Virus record (IMG/VR): IMGVR_UViG_3300034069_001889
Span: 13,723 to 77,722 of that record
DNA length: 64,000 nucleotides
DNA from: a virus
Strand: one strand, 5' to 3'
The notes under the pieces were generated by a model. That model had not been told where the DNA came from. It saw only the letters and a list, made by a program, of their open reading frames with translations, and searched no databases. A program made the position numbers and the translations under genes. Shown piece by piece: positions 33,723 through 42,762 of the stretch (position 1 is its first letter; every line of letters begins with the position of its first letter).

Positions 33723-36176
33723 TTAGAGCTCAATCTCATGCATTGCATCCAGGACGTAGGCATTGGCACCGATTGCGTAGCCAACGCGCTCCACTTGATC
33801 TCCCGTTTGGAAATTGCCCAAGTCTTGTGTGATGTTGCCCGCGACATCACGCGCCACGAACACCTTCTTGCCCACGATCAACGTCGACGACACCGTAATG
33901 ATCGCATTCGTGCGAATGTTGATTTTCATGGCTGCGCCGGCGGCGGCGTCCGCAGCCACGACACCGATGCGCGAATCAGGGAGGTTGGAGTCCGTAGCAA
34001 TTGCTAGGGCAACCACGCCATTTGCGCCAAGAGACACAACTTGCCCCTTGGTCAGGGTTACAGACGTAGGATTAGTGGCGGAGATCGTGTAGTCCGTAGC
34101 CACATTACCATTTGCATCCAACTGAACGCCATCGCCCGTTTTAACTGATAAGGCCTGACCGGCGCCGCCCGTCAATCCGGAGCCGGCGACACTCGCCGCA
34201 AGTTCACTTTGTGTAATTCCTGCGGCTTTGACTTTCAGGCCATTGGTGCCCTTAGTCAGTGTCTGGCCGTCAAGAACCAAACTCAGGTTGTTGTTATCAA
34301 GGTGCAAACCTTGTTCATCTGTTTTGACCAGGTGATCGTTGACGTAGGTCTGAGCATAATTCTGTGCCTGGAATTTGGCCGTCTCCGCCGCGTTATCTGC
34401 GTAAGCATTGGCAGCCGTCGAGGCGGTTTGAATGGCCGCGTTCCGATCGGAGACTTCCTGAGCAATGGCTTGGTTGACGCGAGTGGTTGTGAAGTTGTTT
34501 GCGTCATTGGTAGCATTGGCTTGCGCGCTGACAATCGCCGCCTGAATAGCGGTGTCATATTGCTCACGGATCGTTGCTTCGGCAGCCAGATTGGCGACGA
34601 GTTTTGAAATCGCGCCTTCAACTGACTCGCCCGCGGTAATGGTTCCGGCCACGGCTGCAAAGGACGGGCTGAGATCAATCCCGGTCGCAAGCGACCAGTC
34701 CATATCGCCGACTTTGACGACGTCCGTGCCAAAGGCGTAAATGGCCGCGCCTTCTTGGGCGGCCGGCGAATCCGGCAAATCGTTTAGGACGAGAAACGTA
34801 TCGCCCTCGGCCAGGGGCTTGACGTTCTGGGTCGTAACTTTAAGCGTACCGCCGTCATCGATGACGACGAACATTTTGCTCGATGCGCCGTTTTTTGAAA
34901 AGATGAAGTCGCCGGCGAAGAAATCGCTCAGCGTCATGGCCGGCGCGTCGTCGTCCGAAAGTGGAAGAAGTGTTGAGAGCGCGGTGCCGTCCGCCGCGTT
35001 GGCTAAGTTCGTGTCACCCGAAGCGGCCCGGACCTGCGGGCGCCAACTGAGCTTCATCGCAAACGCGTTGATCGCGTTTTGGAGAGCGGCATTCGCGACA
35101 TCAACGTAATTCTTGGTCGTCGCGTCTTGAGCGGCAGTGGGATCGGAGACGTTCTTTACGCGGTGCGAACCAAGATCAAAGTCTCCGGTTGCCGCAACCG
35201 AGCCGTCTTTCTTTAAAAACGGAGTGGTGTCGACTGACGGAATCCCGGCGATTTGACTGTCGGTGTATTCTTTAGAATGAGCTAGCGTGTTGGCATCACC
35301 ATCCTGGTAATCCGACCGCAATTCCTGCAGCGAATTATTAATTGCTTGCTGGTCATCGGCGCTCCGTTGATCAACGTAGGAACGTAGCTCCTGATCCGCA
35401 GCTTGGTAATCCGTCGTGATCGAATTAGCCGCATCAAGGGCTTGCTGCGCCGTCGCGGCAATCGATTGATCCGCGGCCTCGTACGCAGACGTGATCGCCA
35501 AAGCCGTGTTTTGAATCGAGTTCTCGGCGTTCGAAGCAACCTGTTGGTCCGCGGATTGATAATCGGACGTCAGCTGGTTGATCGCGTCCGTCAAGGCTTG
35601 TTGAGCCTGCGCGAGCGTGGCTGCGTCGGCGGCCCCGTAGGCGGTCGTGATCGCGGTCTGGGCGTCGCTTACGGCCTGTTGCGCCGCTTGTTGTACGGCT
35701 TGATCGGCGGCTTCGTACGCCGACGTTAGCGACGCGGTGGCGGCGTCGAGGGCTTGCTGCGCCTGTGCTACTGCGGCGTTGTCGCCATCAGTAATCGCGT
35801 CGTGGAGAGAGGACACTGCCGCATCGAGAGCATTTTGCGCATTGGTCGCAATCTGCTGATCCGCGGCCTGGTACGCCGACGTAACACGCGCCTCACTGTC
35901 TGCAAGAGCCTGATTGGACGCCCCGTCGGCCGTCTGAAAGAGTTCCTCAACGAAGTTTTTGGTCGCCGCATCTTGCGCGCTCGTCGGATCGCCGATGTTT
36001 GAAAGCTTACGGTTCCCAAAATCAAACGCCGCAGCGGCGCCCGAGCCCACCTGAGCGATCGCGAGCTGATCGGCTCCGATGCGGACGGTTTGAAAATCAA
36101 ACGCCTCCGCCGAAGAATCTACGCGCTTATTGGCGCCCTTCGCGGTGTTCCACGTGACTACCTGAAATGATGCCAT
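33723..36176 (-). CDS. Long fibre protein (817 aa) with 26-residue coiled-coil repeats
   Basis: Two ..DPT.AQDA.TK.(F/Y)V neck motifs, about eight 26-aa Y..AD repeats and a C-terminal capsid-cement-like module. Confidence 0.8.
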   Translation of the reverse strand: MASFQVVTWNTAKGANKRVDSSAEAFDFQTVRIGADQLAIAQVGSGAAAAFDFGNRKLSNIGDPTSAQDAATKNFVEELFQTADGASNQALADSEARVTSAYQAADQQIATNAQNALDAAVSSLHDAITDGDNAAVAQAQQALDAATASLTSAYEAADQAVQQAAQQAVSDAQTAITTAYGAADAATLAQAQQALTDAINQLTSDYQSADQQVASNAENSIQNTALAITSAYEAADQSIAATAQQALDAANSITTDYQAADQELRSYVDQRSADDQQAINNSLQELRSDYQDGDANTLAHSKEYTDSQIAGIPSVDTTPFLKKDGSVAATGDFDLGSHRVKNVSDPTAAQDATTKNYVDVANAALQNAINAFAMKLSWRPQVRAASGDTNLANAADGTALSTLLPLSDDDAPAMTLSDFFAGDFIFSKNGASSKMFVVIDDGGTLKVTTQNVKPLAEGDTFLVLNDLPDSPAAQEGAAIYAFGTDVVKVGDMDWSLATGIDLSPSFAAVAGTITAGESVEGAISKLVANLAAEATIREQYDTAIQAAIVSAQANATNDANNFTTTRVNQAIAQEVSDRNAAIQTASTAANAYADNAAETAKFQAQNYAQTYVNDHLVKTDEQGLHLDNNNLSLVLDGQTLTKGTNGLKVKAAGITQSELAASVAGSGLTGGAGQALSVKTGDGVQLDANGNVATDYTISATNPTSVTLTKGQVVSLGANGVVALAIATDSNLPDSRIGVVAADAAAGAAMKINIRTNAIITVSSTLIVGKKVFVARDVAGNITQDLGNFQTGDQVERVGYAIGANAYVLDAMHEIEL

Positions 36177-36177
36177 C

Positions 36178-36459
36178 CTATTCCCCTAATTTCTCGAAAG
36201 TAAAATAAACGCGTAATTTGGCGGACAACCCGTGCTGACCCGCTAGCTCATCAACTTTTTTCAAAAACTCTAACTTCTCGGCCCGGAGTTCGGATTGAAG
36301 ATCCGACGCTTGCTCCAATTTCATCAGCAAGTTCGTATCGGTCTCAAAAAGCTGAATGTCACCCGCCAATTGTTCCGGAAGGGTCGACATCGCCTGAACC
36401 TTCGGTTTCGGGGCGGACTTCTTGCTAGCGCGTTTCGCGCGGGGGCTTTTTCTCAGCAT
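36178..36459 (-). CDS. Hypothetical protein (93 aa)
   Basis: AGGAG RBS; basic N-terminus and coiled coil. Confidence 0.65.
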   Translation of the reverse strand: MLRKSPRAKRASKKSAPKPKVQAMSTLPEQLAGDIQLFETDTNLLMKLEQASDLQSELRAEKLEFLKKVDELAGQHGLSAKLRVYFTFEKLGE

Positions 36460-36477
36460 TTCGAGTCTCCTGTTTGT

Positions 36478-37323
36478 TTAGGGCAGAGATAAAACTTCAA
36501 TTTCAAGCATGAGGTCGGCAACCACGCCGCCCATGTCGGCACTTGGAACGGCCCAACCGATTCGAATCACGGCCGACGAGAGTGCCTGCGGAGGACTGGT
36601 GGTCAAATAGCCTCCCGGACCCTCATTCAAGAAAACGGCCTGACCCGCAAGAGCGCCCAGACCCGAGCATGCCGTCTTGACTAACCCTTCGGTTTGAACC
36701 GGACCAAAATCACCGGCGGTGATGTCGGAGAGCGTAACACCCGCAACTTTTGTGCGCGAGGAATCAGATGCGTTCCCGAGAATCAGCAGATCTTGATCGT
36801 TCCAAATTGCAACTCTAAGTTTCGGCAAAGACTCCGAGGCGTCACTTTGATATTGGTACGACTGAGCTTCGCCACCACCGCCACTCGACATGCTTTGAAC
36901 TTGAGAGACGGCAATTTTAAGATCGGTTGCCGCGCCCGCGGTCGCATTGAACTCGGCAAAACCAACCTGAAGTTTCTGGGCGTTCGGGTTTGTCGGCGGG
37001 CTGAGAACGAGCGAGCCCGGGACAAGTCCCAGATAAATCGGATCTCCCGGACGGGCGTTCAGGCCCGCGAGAGCGCCTTCGACCGCGCCGGCTTGAACGA
37101 AGAGACCCTGGGCTCCGCTTTGGACCGTGTCGTACGCAACGCCAACGATCCGGAGGGGATTGGTGTCCGTCGGGTCGGCCAGCACAATTTGACCATCCGC
37201 ATTCCACGCGGTGACGCGGAATTGAGGAATAGGGCCCGGATTGCCGTTCACGCCAAGGTACGAGCGAGCTTCCAAAATGGCTCGCTGCACGGATCCCGGA
37301 GACGATGATTTATAAACGCTCAC
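36478..37323 (-). CDS. Protein with two tandem capsid-cement/DUF2190-like modules (281 aa)
   Basis: Repeat ..V..WN.....LA.......VGV.......G..G.VQ..G.V......G...G..I.L....G.L..SPP....V.VG.A occurs twice. Confidence 0.65.
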   Translation of the reverse strand: MSVYKSSSPGSVQRAILEARSYLGVNGNPGPIPQFRVTAWNADGQIVLADPTDTNPLRIVGVAYDTVQSGAQGLFVQAGAVEGALAGLNARPGDPIYLGLVPGSLVLSPPTNPNAQKLQVGFAEFNATAGAATDLKIAVSQVQSMSSGGGGEAQSYQYQSDASESLPKLRVAIWNDQDLLILGNASDSSRTKVAGVTLSDITAGDFGPVQTEGLVKTACSGLGALAGQAVFLNEGPGGYLTTSPPQALSSAVIRIGWAVPSADMGGVVADLMLEIEVLSLP

Positions 37324-37522
37324 CGGTCTTAATTCCTCTCCTCAGAAAAGGCGTGATGAATTGGACGCCGGAACCACGACCACCAAGAATTGCCCGTGAC
37401 TGGATACAAAGATGTGGAGCATTCTATCCCGTAATAGAGGTATGTTGGATAGACAAACACGGATTCTCCTTCATGCACGCGGAATCCTATTTTATCTCAA
37501 ATTAGCCAATAAGGAGAGTGTT

Positions 37523-37531
37523 TGATAGAAT
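37523..37531 (+). promoter_or_regulatory. Extended -10 promoter candidate TGATAGAAT
   Basis: Upstream of 37578. Confidence 0.5.
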
Positions 37532-37577
37532 TCCGTCAAGTTGCACGAGAGGTGTACCAAGTCTCTAGGGGGCGCCG

Positions 37578-38195
37578 TTGGTCGGGCTGAGCGATCTAGT
37601 TGATACGAAAGAACTGTGGTCAAATTCGATTGAGATCGGCCTGCTTATTGGGGGTCTAGTCTTCGCGAGTTTTTCAAAGAAGATCAAAGGGTGGTTGGAA
37701 AAACAGACGAACATTAAGTTTGAGAGGTCAATCAATACTCTGACGACGATCAGAGACTCGCTCGCCGAACTCCGTGGTTTTTATGACGCCGACCGTGTCA
37801 TGCTCTACCAGCTTCACAACGGCCAGTACTATTTTTCGGGCGAAGGCGCGGATAAACTTTCTTTAACGCACTTCGTTTTAAAAATGGGCGTGGCCGTTCC
37901 GGACCGAGTGGGCACGAAGCTTCAAAACATCCCGATCACCTACTGGCCCGAAATGTTTCGGCGCATGACGGCGGAAGGTTACTTCTTCGAGCGTTGGGCA
38001 AACATTATCGACCCGGCTTTGGCGACCCAGCTCACCCTCAGCGGCGTCGAGGCCATCATCATGGGCCCGATCAAAGACGGCCGCGGCTACTGGCGCGGGG
38101 TCCTTCTCATCTCGTTCATGAAAGAGGTGGACGAAAAGGACGTTAAGTTGGCCCAGGAGTACGGCCGCAAGCTCGGCGACCTCTTGCACTCTTAA
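37578..38195 (+). CDS. Single-TM protein with GAF-like soluble domain (T4 holin T-like architecture)
   Basis: TM IGLLIGGLVFASF; then LAELRGFYDADRVMLYQLHNG...IIMGPIKD...GVLLISF, a GAF-type pattern; adjacent to the lysis-like genes. Confidence 0.55.
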   Translation: MVGLSDLVDTKELWSNSIEIGLLIGGLVFASFSKKIKGWLEKQTNIKFERSINTLTTIRDSLAELRGFYDADRVMLYQLHNGQYYFSGEGADKLSLTHFVLKMGVAVPDRVGTKLQNIPITYWPEMFRRMTAEGYFFERWANIIDPALATQLTLSGVEAIIMGPIKDGRGYWRGVLLISFMKEVDEKDVKLAQEYGRKLGDLLHS

Positions 38196-38571
38196 ACTGT
38201 TTCACTTGGACGTCCTGCGCCATATTTCTCATCTGGCTGATGTTGTCAAAAAAAGCGCCCAACTGCTGCTCCATCTCAAACGAGCACGACTTCCGGTAGT
38301 TCCGGCACAGCGTTTCGACCGCCGTTTTCAAATTCATGAAGGACGAAGCTTTGGAGCAGATCATGCCGAAGCGCTCTTCGTCCCAAGTTTCGACCGGAAT
38401 GTCGCGCGGAGTTTGAGAGATGAATTTGTTGCAGTGCGCCCCGTCCGCGCCAAGGTCCGCGCAGAACTCGCTGTCTTTAATGGGGACCGGAGTCGTCCCG
38501 CAACTACTTATTGAGATTGATGAGGCGATCAATATCAGCGCGAGCTTGTTCCAAGGCTTTTTGGTGGGCAT
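38143..38571 (-). CDS. Lipoprotein, probable o-spanin (Rz1-like)
   Basis: MPTKKPWNKLALILIASSISISSC lipobox; additional Cys residues; start lies inside the 3' end of the upstream gene. Confidence 0.6.
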   Translation of the reverse strand: MPTKKPWNKLALILIASSISISSCGTTPVPIKDSEFCADLGADGAHCNKFISQTPRDIPVETWDEERFGMICSKASSFMNLKTAVETLCRNYRKSCSFEMEQQLGAFFDNISQMRNMAQDVQVKQFKSARGRRACGRTPGPT

Positions 38572-38875
38572 CCGGATCCTCCGACTGTTGCGCCGCTTTG
38601 AGTTTGGCGATCGATTCCTCGTACGCCCTTTGCTGCTTTGCGTTTTGAAACGCGATGATCTTAGTATTCACGTAAGGCTTGGTCGAGCCAAGAAACTCTT
38701 TACCGATGTAGCCGACGAGAAGACTGAAAATCTGCGAAATAATCGGAAGCTTCAGGAACGGGTACTGGACCTGCGCTGCGGCAACCGCCCCGCGAACCCC
38801 GATCCCCATGATCAGTGTGGTCTGGATGATGTCTGTCGCATCCAGAATCGGGTTTGAGGGCCTGTTACTTTTCAC
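38504..38875 (-). CDS. Probable i-spanin (Rz-like)
   Basis: Hydrophobic N-terminal half followed by a charged coiled coil; overlaps the lipoprotein gene by 68 nt. Confidence 0.5.
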   Translation of the reverse strand: MKSNRPSNPILDATDIIQTTLIMGIGVRGAVAAAQVQYPFLKLPIISQIFSLLVGYIGKEFLGSTKPYVNTKIIAFQNAKQQRAYEESIAKLKAAQQSEDPDAHQKALEQARADIDRLINLNK

Positions 38876-39386
38876 AAGCCACCCTCATACCTTTTTCATC
38901 CTTCGGGCCCGGGGGAGGCCCGCCCAGGCTGCTCTCGATCACTTCAATAAACGCGATCCACTTCGGGCCCAAGCCCGGGATGACTTTGATCGTGTCGAGG
39001 AGTTCGTGAAAGATCAAAGCGCCCGATCCGGCTGACATGTAGGCCATGGCTTCGGCAATGGACGGCAGGTGACCGTCGGAGCCAAGCGCCAACAAACCCG
39101 CGATGAGTCCAAAGATCGGGGAGGCCCAGGCCTTGGCCCGGCCAAACTTCTCCCAGATCAGCTTGTTGAGAAACGTCACCTTCATGGAGGACACGACCAA
39201 AGTCGTGATGAGGGCAATGCGGCTAAACCAGGAGATTCCGCCGAAGTGGCGGATGGCCGAAAAGATGTCTGACAAAAAATCGTAAAACGTCATGGTGACG
39301 TCGTCGACGAGTTCCGTCTGAGCCAAGGCCAGCATGGGAATACAAATCAGCACGGCCGCAATGGCCCAAGAGACAAGCTTCTTCAC
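38865..39386 (-). CDS. Multi-pass membrane protein, holin candidate (173 aa)
   Basis: GTG with AAGGAGGG RBS; signal-like N-terminus and three further hydrophobic segments; first gene of the spanin-like run. Confidence 0.5.
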   Translation of the reverse strand: MKKLVSWAIAAVLICIPMLALAQTELVDDVTMTFYDFLSDIFSAIRHFGGISWFSRIALITTLVVSSMKVTFLNKLIWEKFGRAKAWASPIFGLIAGLLALGSDGHLPSIAEAMAYMSAGSGALIFHELLDTIKVIPGLGPKWIAFIEVIESSLGGPPPGPKDEKGMRVACEK

Positions 39387-39407
39387 GGGTAAACCCTCCT
39401 TCTGCTC

Positions 39408-39416
39408 ATTCTAGCA
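39408..39416 (-). promoter_or_regulatory. Extended -10 promoter candidate TGCTAGAAT
   Basis: About 21 nt upstream of the GTG at 39386. Confidence 0.55.
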
Positions 39417-39442
39417 AACGGAGGACAACTTGGGGAGGCGAA

Positions 39443-39967
39443 CTAGTCGAGGGAGGTCGAGAGCGGTAACTTCAAGTACGTCTCAACTTTATTGACCAGG
39501 CCCAAGATGCGGGCGTCAGTCAGGTACTTTTGATCGCGCAGATCTTCGGGGATGGCTTTGAGGCCCTTGATGAGCTCGTAAAGCGAACCGCTGGTGAGAG
39601 CCGGTTGGATCGGGGCCAGGGCCGTCAGAAGATCCCCGGCTTTATTGTCTTGGGTAACACCCATGAGAATGTTTTCGGTCGCGAAGTCCTTCATGAGTTC
39701 GCTTCCAAAATTGACGGCGGCGTCAACGGCCTGCTTGACCTTGGTCTTGACATCAGACGCAGTAAGATCGGCTTTGAGCTGCTCGTCTTCGACGACAGCG
39801 CCATTTTCAAGCGAGCAGGCACGTGAATCCATTCCGTCCGGAATCTCGACGTGAGCCGACAGCACCGGGTCGCCCCAGGCGCCTCCATAGCTTCCCTGAG
39901 CCGGGTTTTCGGCTTCGTAAACACTGAGAAGGTTGCCGCTGCTGATGTCAAAAATTCCGATCTTCAC
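39443..39967 (-). CDS. Hypothetical protein (~174 aa)
   Basis: Probable GTG start at 39967 with AGGAGA RBS. Confidence 0.7.
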   Translation of the reverse strand: MKIGIFDISSGNLLSVYEAENPAQGSYGGAWGDPVLSAHVEIPDGMDSRACSLENGAVVEDEQLKADLTASDVKTKVKQAVDAAVNFGSELMKDFATENILMGVTQDNKAGDLLTALAPIQPALTSGSLYELIKGLKAIPEDLRDQKYLTDARILGLVNKVETYLKLPLSTSLD

Positions 39968-40027
39968 TGCATCTCCTGGGAAAAACGGGGCGCCCGCCGA
40001 GGTCACCCCAATTTTTAATAATTTAAC

Positions 40028-40462
40028 TTAGAGTGCGAACGGGGTAGCACTCGAACCAGAAACGTCTGCCATCGACTTCGGCTGATCGCCGTTCTGAGCC
40101 GGAGCGACGGTCGAGTTGTCGTTGCCAGGCACAGTACCATTAGCGGCCGAGGTAGACGAGGCTTTCGAGCCAAAGAGTTGTCCCAGTGATCCGAGGACAT
40201 TGTCGACGGCGCCAGCCACTTTCGAGCCAAGGCTCGCCACGTCGCTAACCGAGGAGGACACCTGGGTGAGAGCATCACCGCTTTTGAGGGTGAGCAGTGC
40301 CTTCGGAACAAAGGCCATAGCGTCGCCGATGTCCGAAAAGCGGAGGTCCTTCAATTCATCGACCAGGCCATTCTTGATCGAGGCTTGCACAATTTTACCA
40401 AACACAATACCGGCCAAAACAACCTTGCAGGTTTCCTTGATGCCGAGTCGTTGATCTGCCAT
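40028..40462 (-). CDS. Hypothetical protein (144 aa)
   Basis: AAGGAGAG RBS; promoter candidate upstream. Confidence 0.7.
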   Translation of the reverse strand: MADQRLGIKETCKVVLAGIVFGKIVQASIKNGLVDELKDLRFSDIGDAMAFVPKALLTLKSGDALTQVSSSVSDVASLGSKVAGAVDNVLGSLGQLFGSKASSTSAANGTVPGNDNSTVAPAQNGDQPKSMADVSGSSATPFAL

Positions 40463-40506
40463 TTACTTCTCTCCTTGGGGTGGGGTTATCCGTTTTGTAC
40501 AGACAA

Positions 40507-40515
40507 ATTATATCA
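40507..40515 (-). promoter_or_regulatory. Perfect extended -10 promoter TGATATAAT
   Basis: Intergenic; exact TGnTATAAT consensus. Confidence 0.65.
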
Positions 40516-40548
40516 TAACTCGGGGCCCAGAGCCCTTGCACGAAATCT

Positions 40549-41667
40549 TTAAAAGTCCGCGTCAGCCGCCCACAGGAATGACGTACTGCCGCCCGGCGCG
40601 GTCTGCGGCGCGACGAATCCCCATAAACCGGTTTCGGAAGGGATGACGCCCGTGGCAGGTGAGTTCGTGACGTTTGAGGTGGCCGAGCCGCCGCTGTTGT
40701 AATTCGTGAGTTTGCCAGGGTTACCGGCCAAATCCCAAGTCGAGAACGTTGACCCAGTTGTTCGTTTCGCGACTGCAAACTTTAAGCTGAAACCGTAGTT
40801 TTGCACGCCCGTAACTCCCGGCACAAAAAAAGCTCCGCCGGTTTGAGCCGTCGTGCTTGCGGTTCCCGGTACGACGTCCAAGGGTTGGGATTTTTCAAAA
40901 TACCGCTGACACAGCACGAGCTCGCCAGCAGGAGTTAAACCCGTGCGCGGGTACATGCTCTGCACCTCGACTGCGGAAAGTGTTCCTGCGCGCAGCTGGA
41001 CTTGCGCAAAACGCAGAGTGTTGTTTGCGGTGGCTAGAAATGCCATCTGCGTAGCGGGTGCCAAGAAGTTGCCCACCTGCCACGCGTTGAGCGTCGCCGT
41101 TTGGAAGGTCGTGCCGCAAAATCCACCGATCGTGATGTCGAGCGTAGCCGTGTTGTCGACCGGCATCGTGAAGTTTGGCGCGGCGATACTGACCGTGTAA
41201 TACGCCCAGCCGGCGGTGGCCGTCACGGACGTAACAAATGAATTGCTCGTCCCGTAGCGAATCGAAATTGGCACGGCGCCGGCCAAGGACGAGAACATCC
41301 AAAAGCCGAGCGTCAGCGGATCGCCCTGGAGCGGAGCGAAGATGGTGCCTTCGATCACGTGCTCAAAACACGTGACGTAATCAGCCGCCGCTAAAGTCGC
41401 CACGGCCGTGTTGTTGATAACCTCCATGCTGTACTGCGCGGGGGTCGGCAACGACGTGGGTAAAGACGTGGACCGATTGATCGTCAGCTGTTTGGCGGTC
41501 GTCGCCGATACCACGGTGGCGTGGCGATCGGCCAGGCGGCCTTGCGCTGGCACCGTGGTCGTCGAGGCACGCGCTACGGTTTGCCCACGCTGCCAGAAGT
41601 CCATGTTGCCGTTGATGATCGGATTGTAAAAGTACGGGTCGCGGCCGTCGAAGTTCAGGATCTGCAT
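40549..41667 (-). CDS. Tail-associated carbohydrate-binding-type protein A (372 aa)
   Basis: IINGNMDFWQRG...ADR...FAQVQL..G...ELVLCQRYFEK...WAADADF; paralogue of the next gene. Confidence 0.75.
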   Translation of the reverse strand: MQILNFDGRDPYFYNPIINGNMDFWQRGQTVARASTTTVPAQGRLADRHATVVSATTAKQLTINRSTSLPTSLPTPAQYSMEVINNTAVATLAAADYVTCFEHVIEGTIFAPLQGDPLTLGFWMFSSLAGAVPISIRYGTSNSFVTSVTATAGWAYYTVSIAAPNFTMPVDNTATLDITIGGFCGTTFQTATLNAWQVGNFLAPATQMAFLATANNTLRFAQVQLRAGTLSAVEVQSMYPRTGLTPAGELVLCQRYFEKSQPLDVVPGTASTTAQTGGAFFVPGVTGVQNYGFSLKFAVAKRTTGSTFSTWDLAGNPGKLTNYNSGGSATSNVTNSPATGVIPSETGLWGFVAPQTAPGGSTSFLWAADADF

Positions 41668-41676
41668 TCGTATCTC

Positions 41677-42762
41677 CTAGTATTCCGCGTCCGCGGTCCA
41701 GTAGTACTGATAGTTTTGGCCGGAAGCCAAACTGCCGCCGCAAGAAAAACACACGGTCGACAAGTAATAAGTGGCGGCCGGAGCGGTTCCAGTACCAATC
41801 GCAACTCCGAAGGCATTGATCACCCCAGACTGCGCGGCGTAAATGATAATTGTCGGCAAAACCCTTTTGAAAACTTTGAAATAATTTGTTCCGCCGCTCT
41901 GAAATGCCGACGTGTTGACCGCGAACTCATACTTCGAACCGTTAATGATCGGCGCTCCGGTCAGAGTTTCGACATCATACAGGCGCTCGAAGTATCGCTG
42001 GCAAGCGTGGAGTTCAAGTGCGAGGTTTGGCGAAGATCGACGAAATACGGGCGGCGCGGTGTACGAGCCGAGCATGACCTGCACCTGGGCGATGCGTGCC
42101 GTAAGTCCATTGGTCAAATTTAGGTTGGCCGAGGTTGGCGTAGCAAAGTAGTTGCCGCTTTGCCATGCACCCACGGTCGAGGTTTGGTACGTGCTACCCG
42201 CGGCAGACCCAATTGCAAAGTTGAGCCCCGCGCCCGTATCAAACAACCATGTACCTTGCGAATCGAGAACCACCGGAACGAAAATCTGAGTCCAGACGTT
42301 GGCCGCCCCCGTCACGAACGTGGTGACGTAAGAGCGCGAGCCATCCGCATTTCGAAACGAAATAGGGAGGGTAAGTCCGGCCGTCGAACACTTGAACCAA
42401 AACGAAAGGGTGATCGTCTGGCTATGCAGAAGCTGATAATCCAAGCCTTCAATGGTGTAAGACCACGGCGACAGCACATCTGCGGCGGCGTAGGCCGCCG
42501 AGGCGGCGTTGATGGTCAGCAGCGACGACCAGATTGAAGACGCACCCGATTGGGCGAGCGTTGGTACGTCGGCCGCCCGCTGGATCTGGAAAGATTTAGT
42601 GGTCGCGCCAAGGGTGATGAACTTAAAGCGATCTGCCGTATACAGGGCCGTCGGCGTAGCCGTGTTGACGACCGAGACGTTGTTTACAACCCTCTGCCAG
42701 AAATCAAAATTGCCGTTGATGACGAAGTTTCGGTCGAGCCGATCAATTCTTGGGGCACCCAT
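41677..42762 (-). CDS. Tail-associated carbohydrate-binding-type protein B (361 aa)
   Basis: VINGNFDFWQR...ADRF...IAQVQV..G...ELHACQRYFER...WTADAEY. Confidence 0.75.
   Translation of the reverse strand: MGAPRIDRLDRNFVINGNFDFWQRVVNNVSVVNTATPTALYTADRFKFITLGATTKSFQIQRAADVPTLAQSGASSIWSSLLTINAASAAYAAADVLSPWSYTIEGLDYQLLHSQTITLSFWFKCSTAGLTLPISFRNADGSRSYVTTFVTGAANVWTQIFVPVVLDSQGTWLFDTGAGLNFAIGSAAGSTYQTSTVGAWQSGNYFATPTSANLNLTNGLTARIAQVQVMLGSYTAPPVFRRSSPNLALELHACQRYFERLYDVETLTGAPIINGSKYEFAVNTSAFQSGGTNYFKVFKRVLPTIIIYAAQSGVINAFGVAIGTGTAPAATYYLSTVCFSCGGSLASGQNYQYYWTADAEY

Noticed and set aside
37305-37505. Small plus-strand ORF in the gap before the GAF-like gene
   Set aside because: It overlaps the RBS region of the divergent gene, has a weak SD and no motif; not supportable without expression or homology data.
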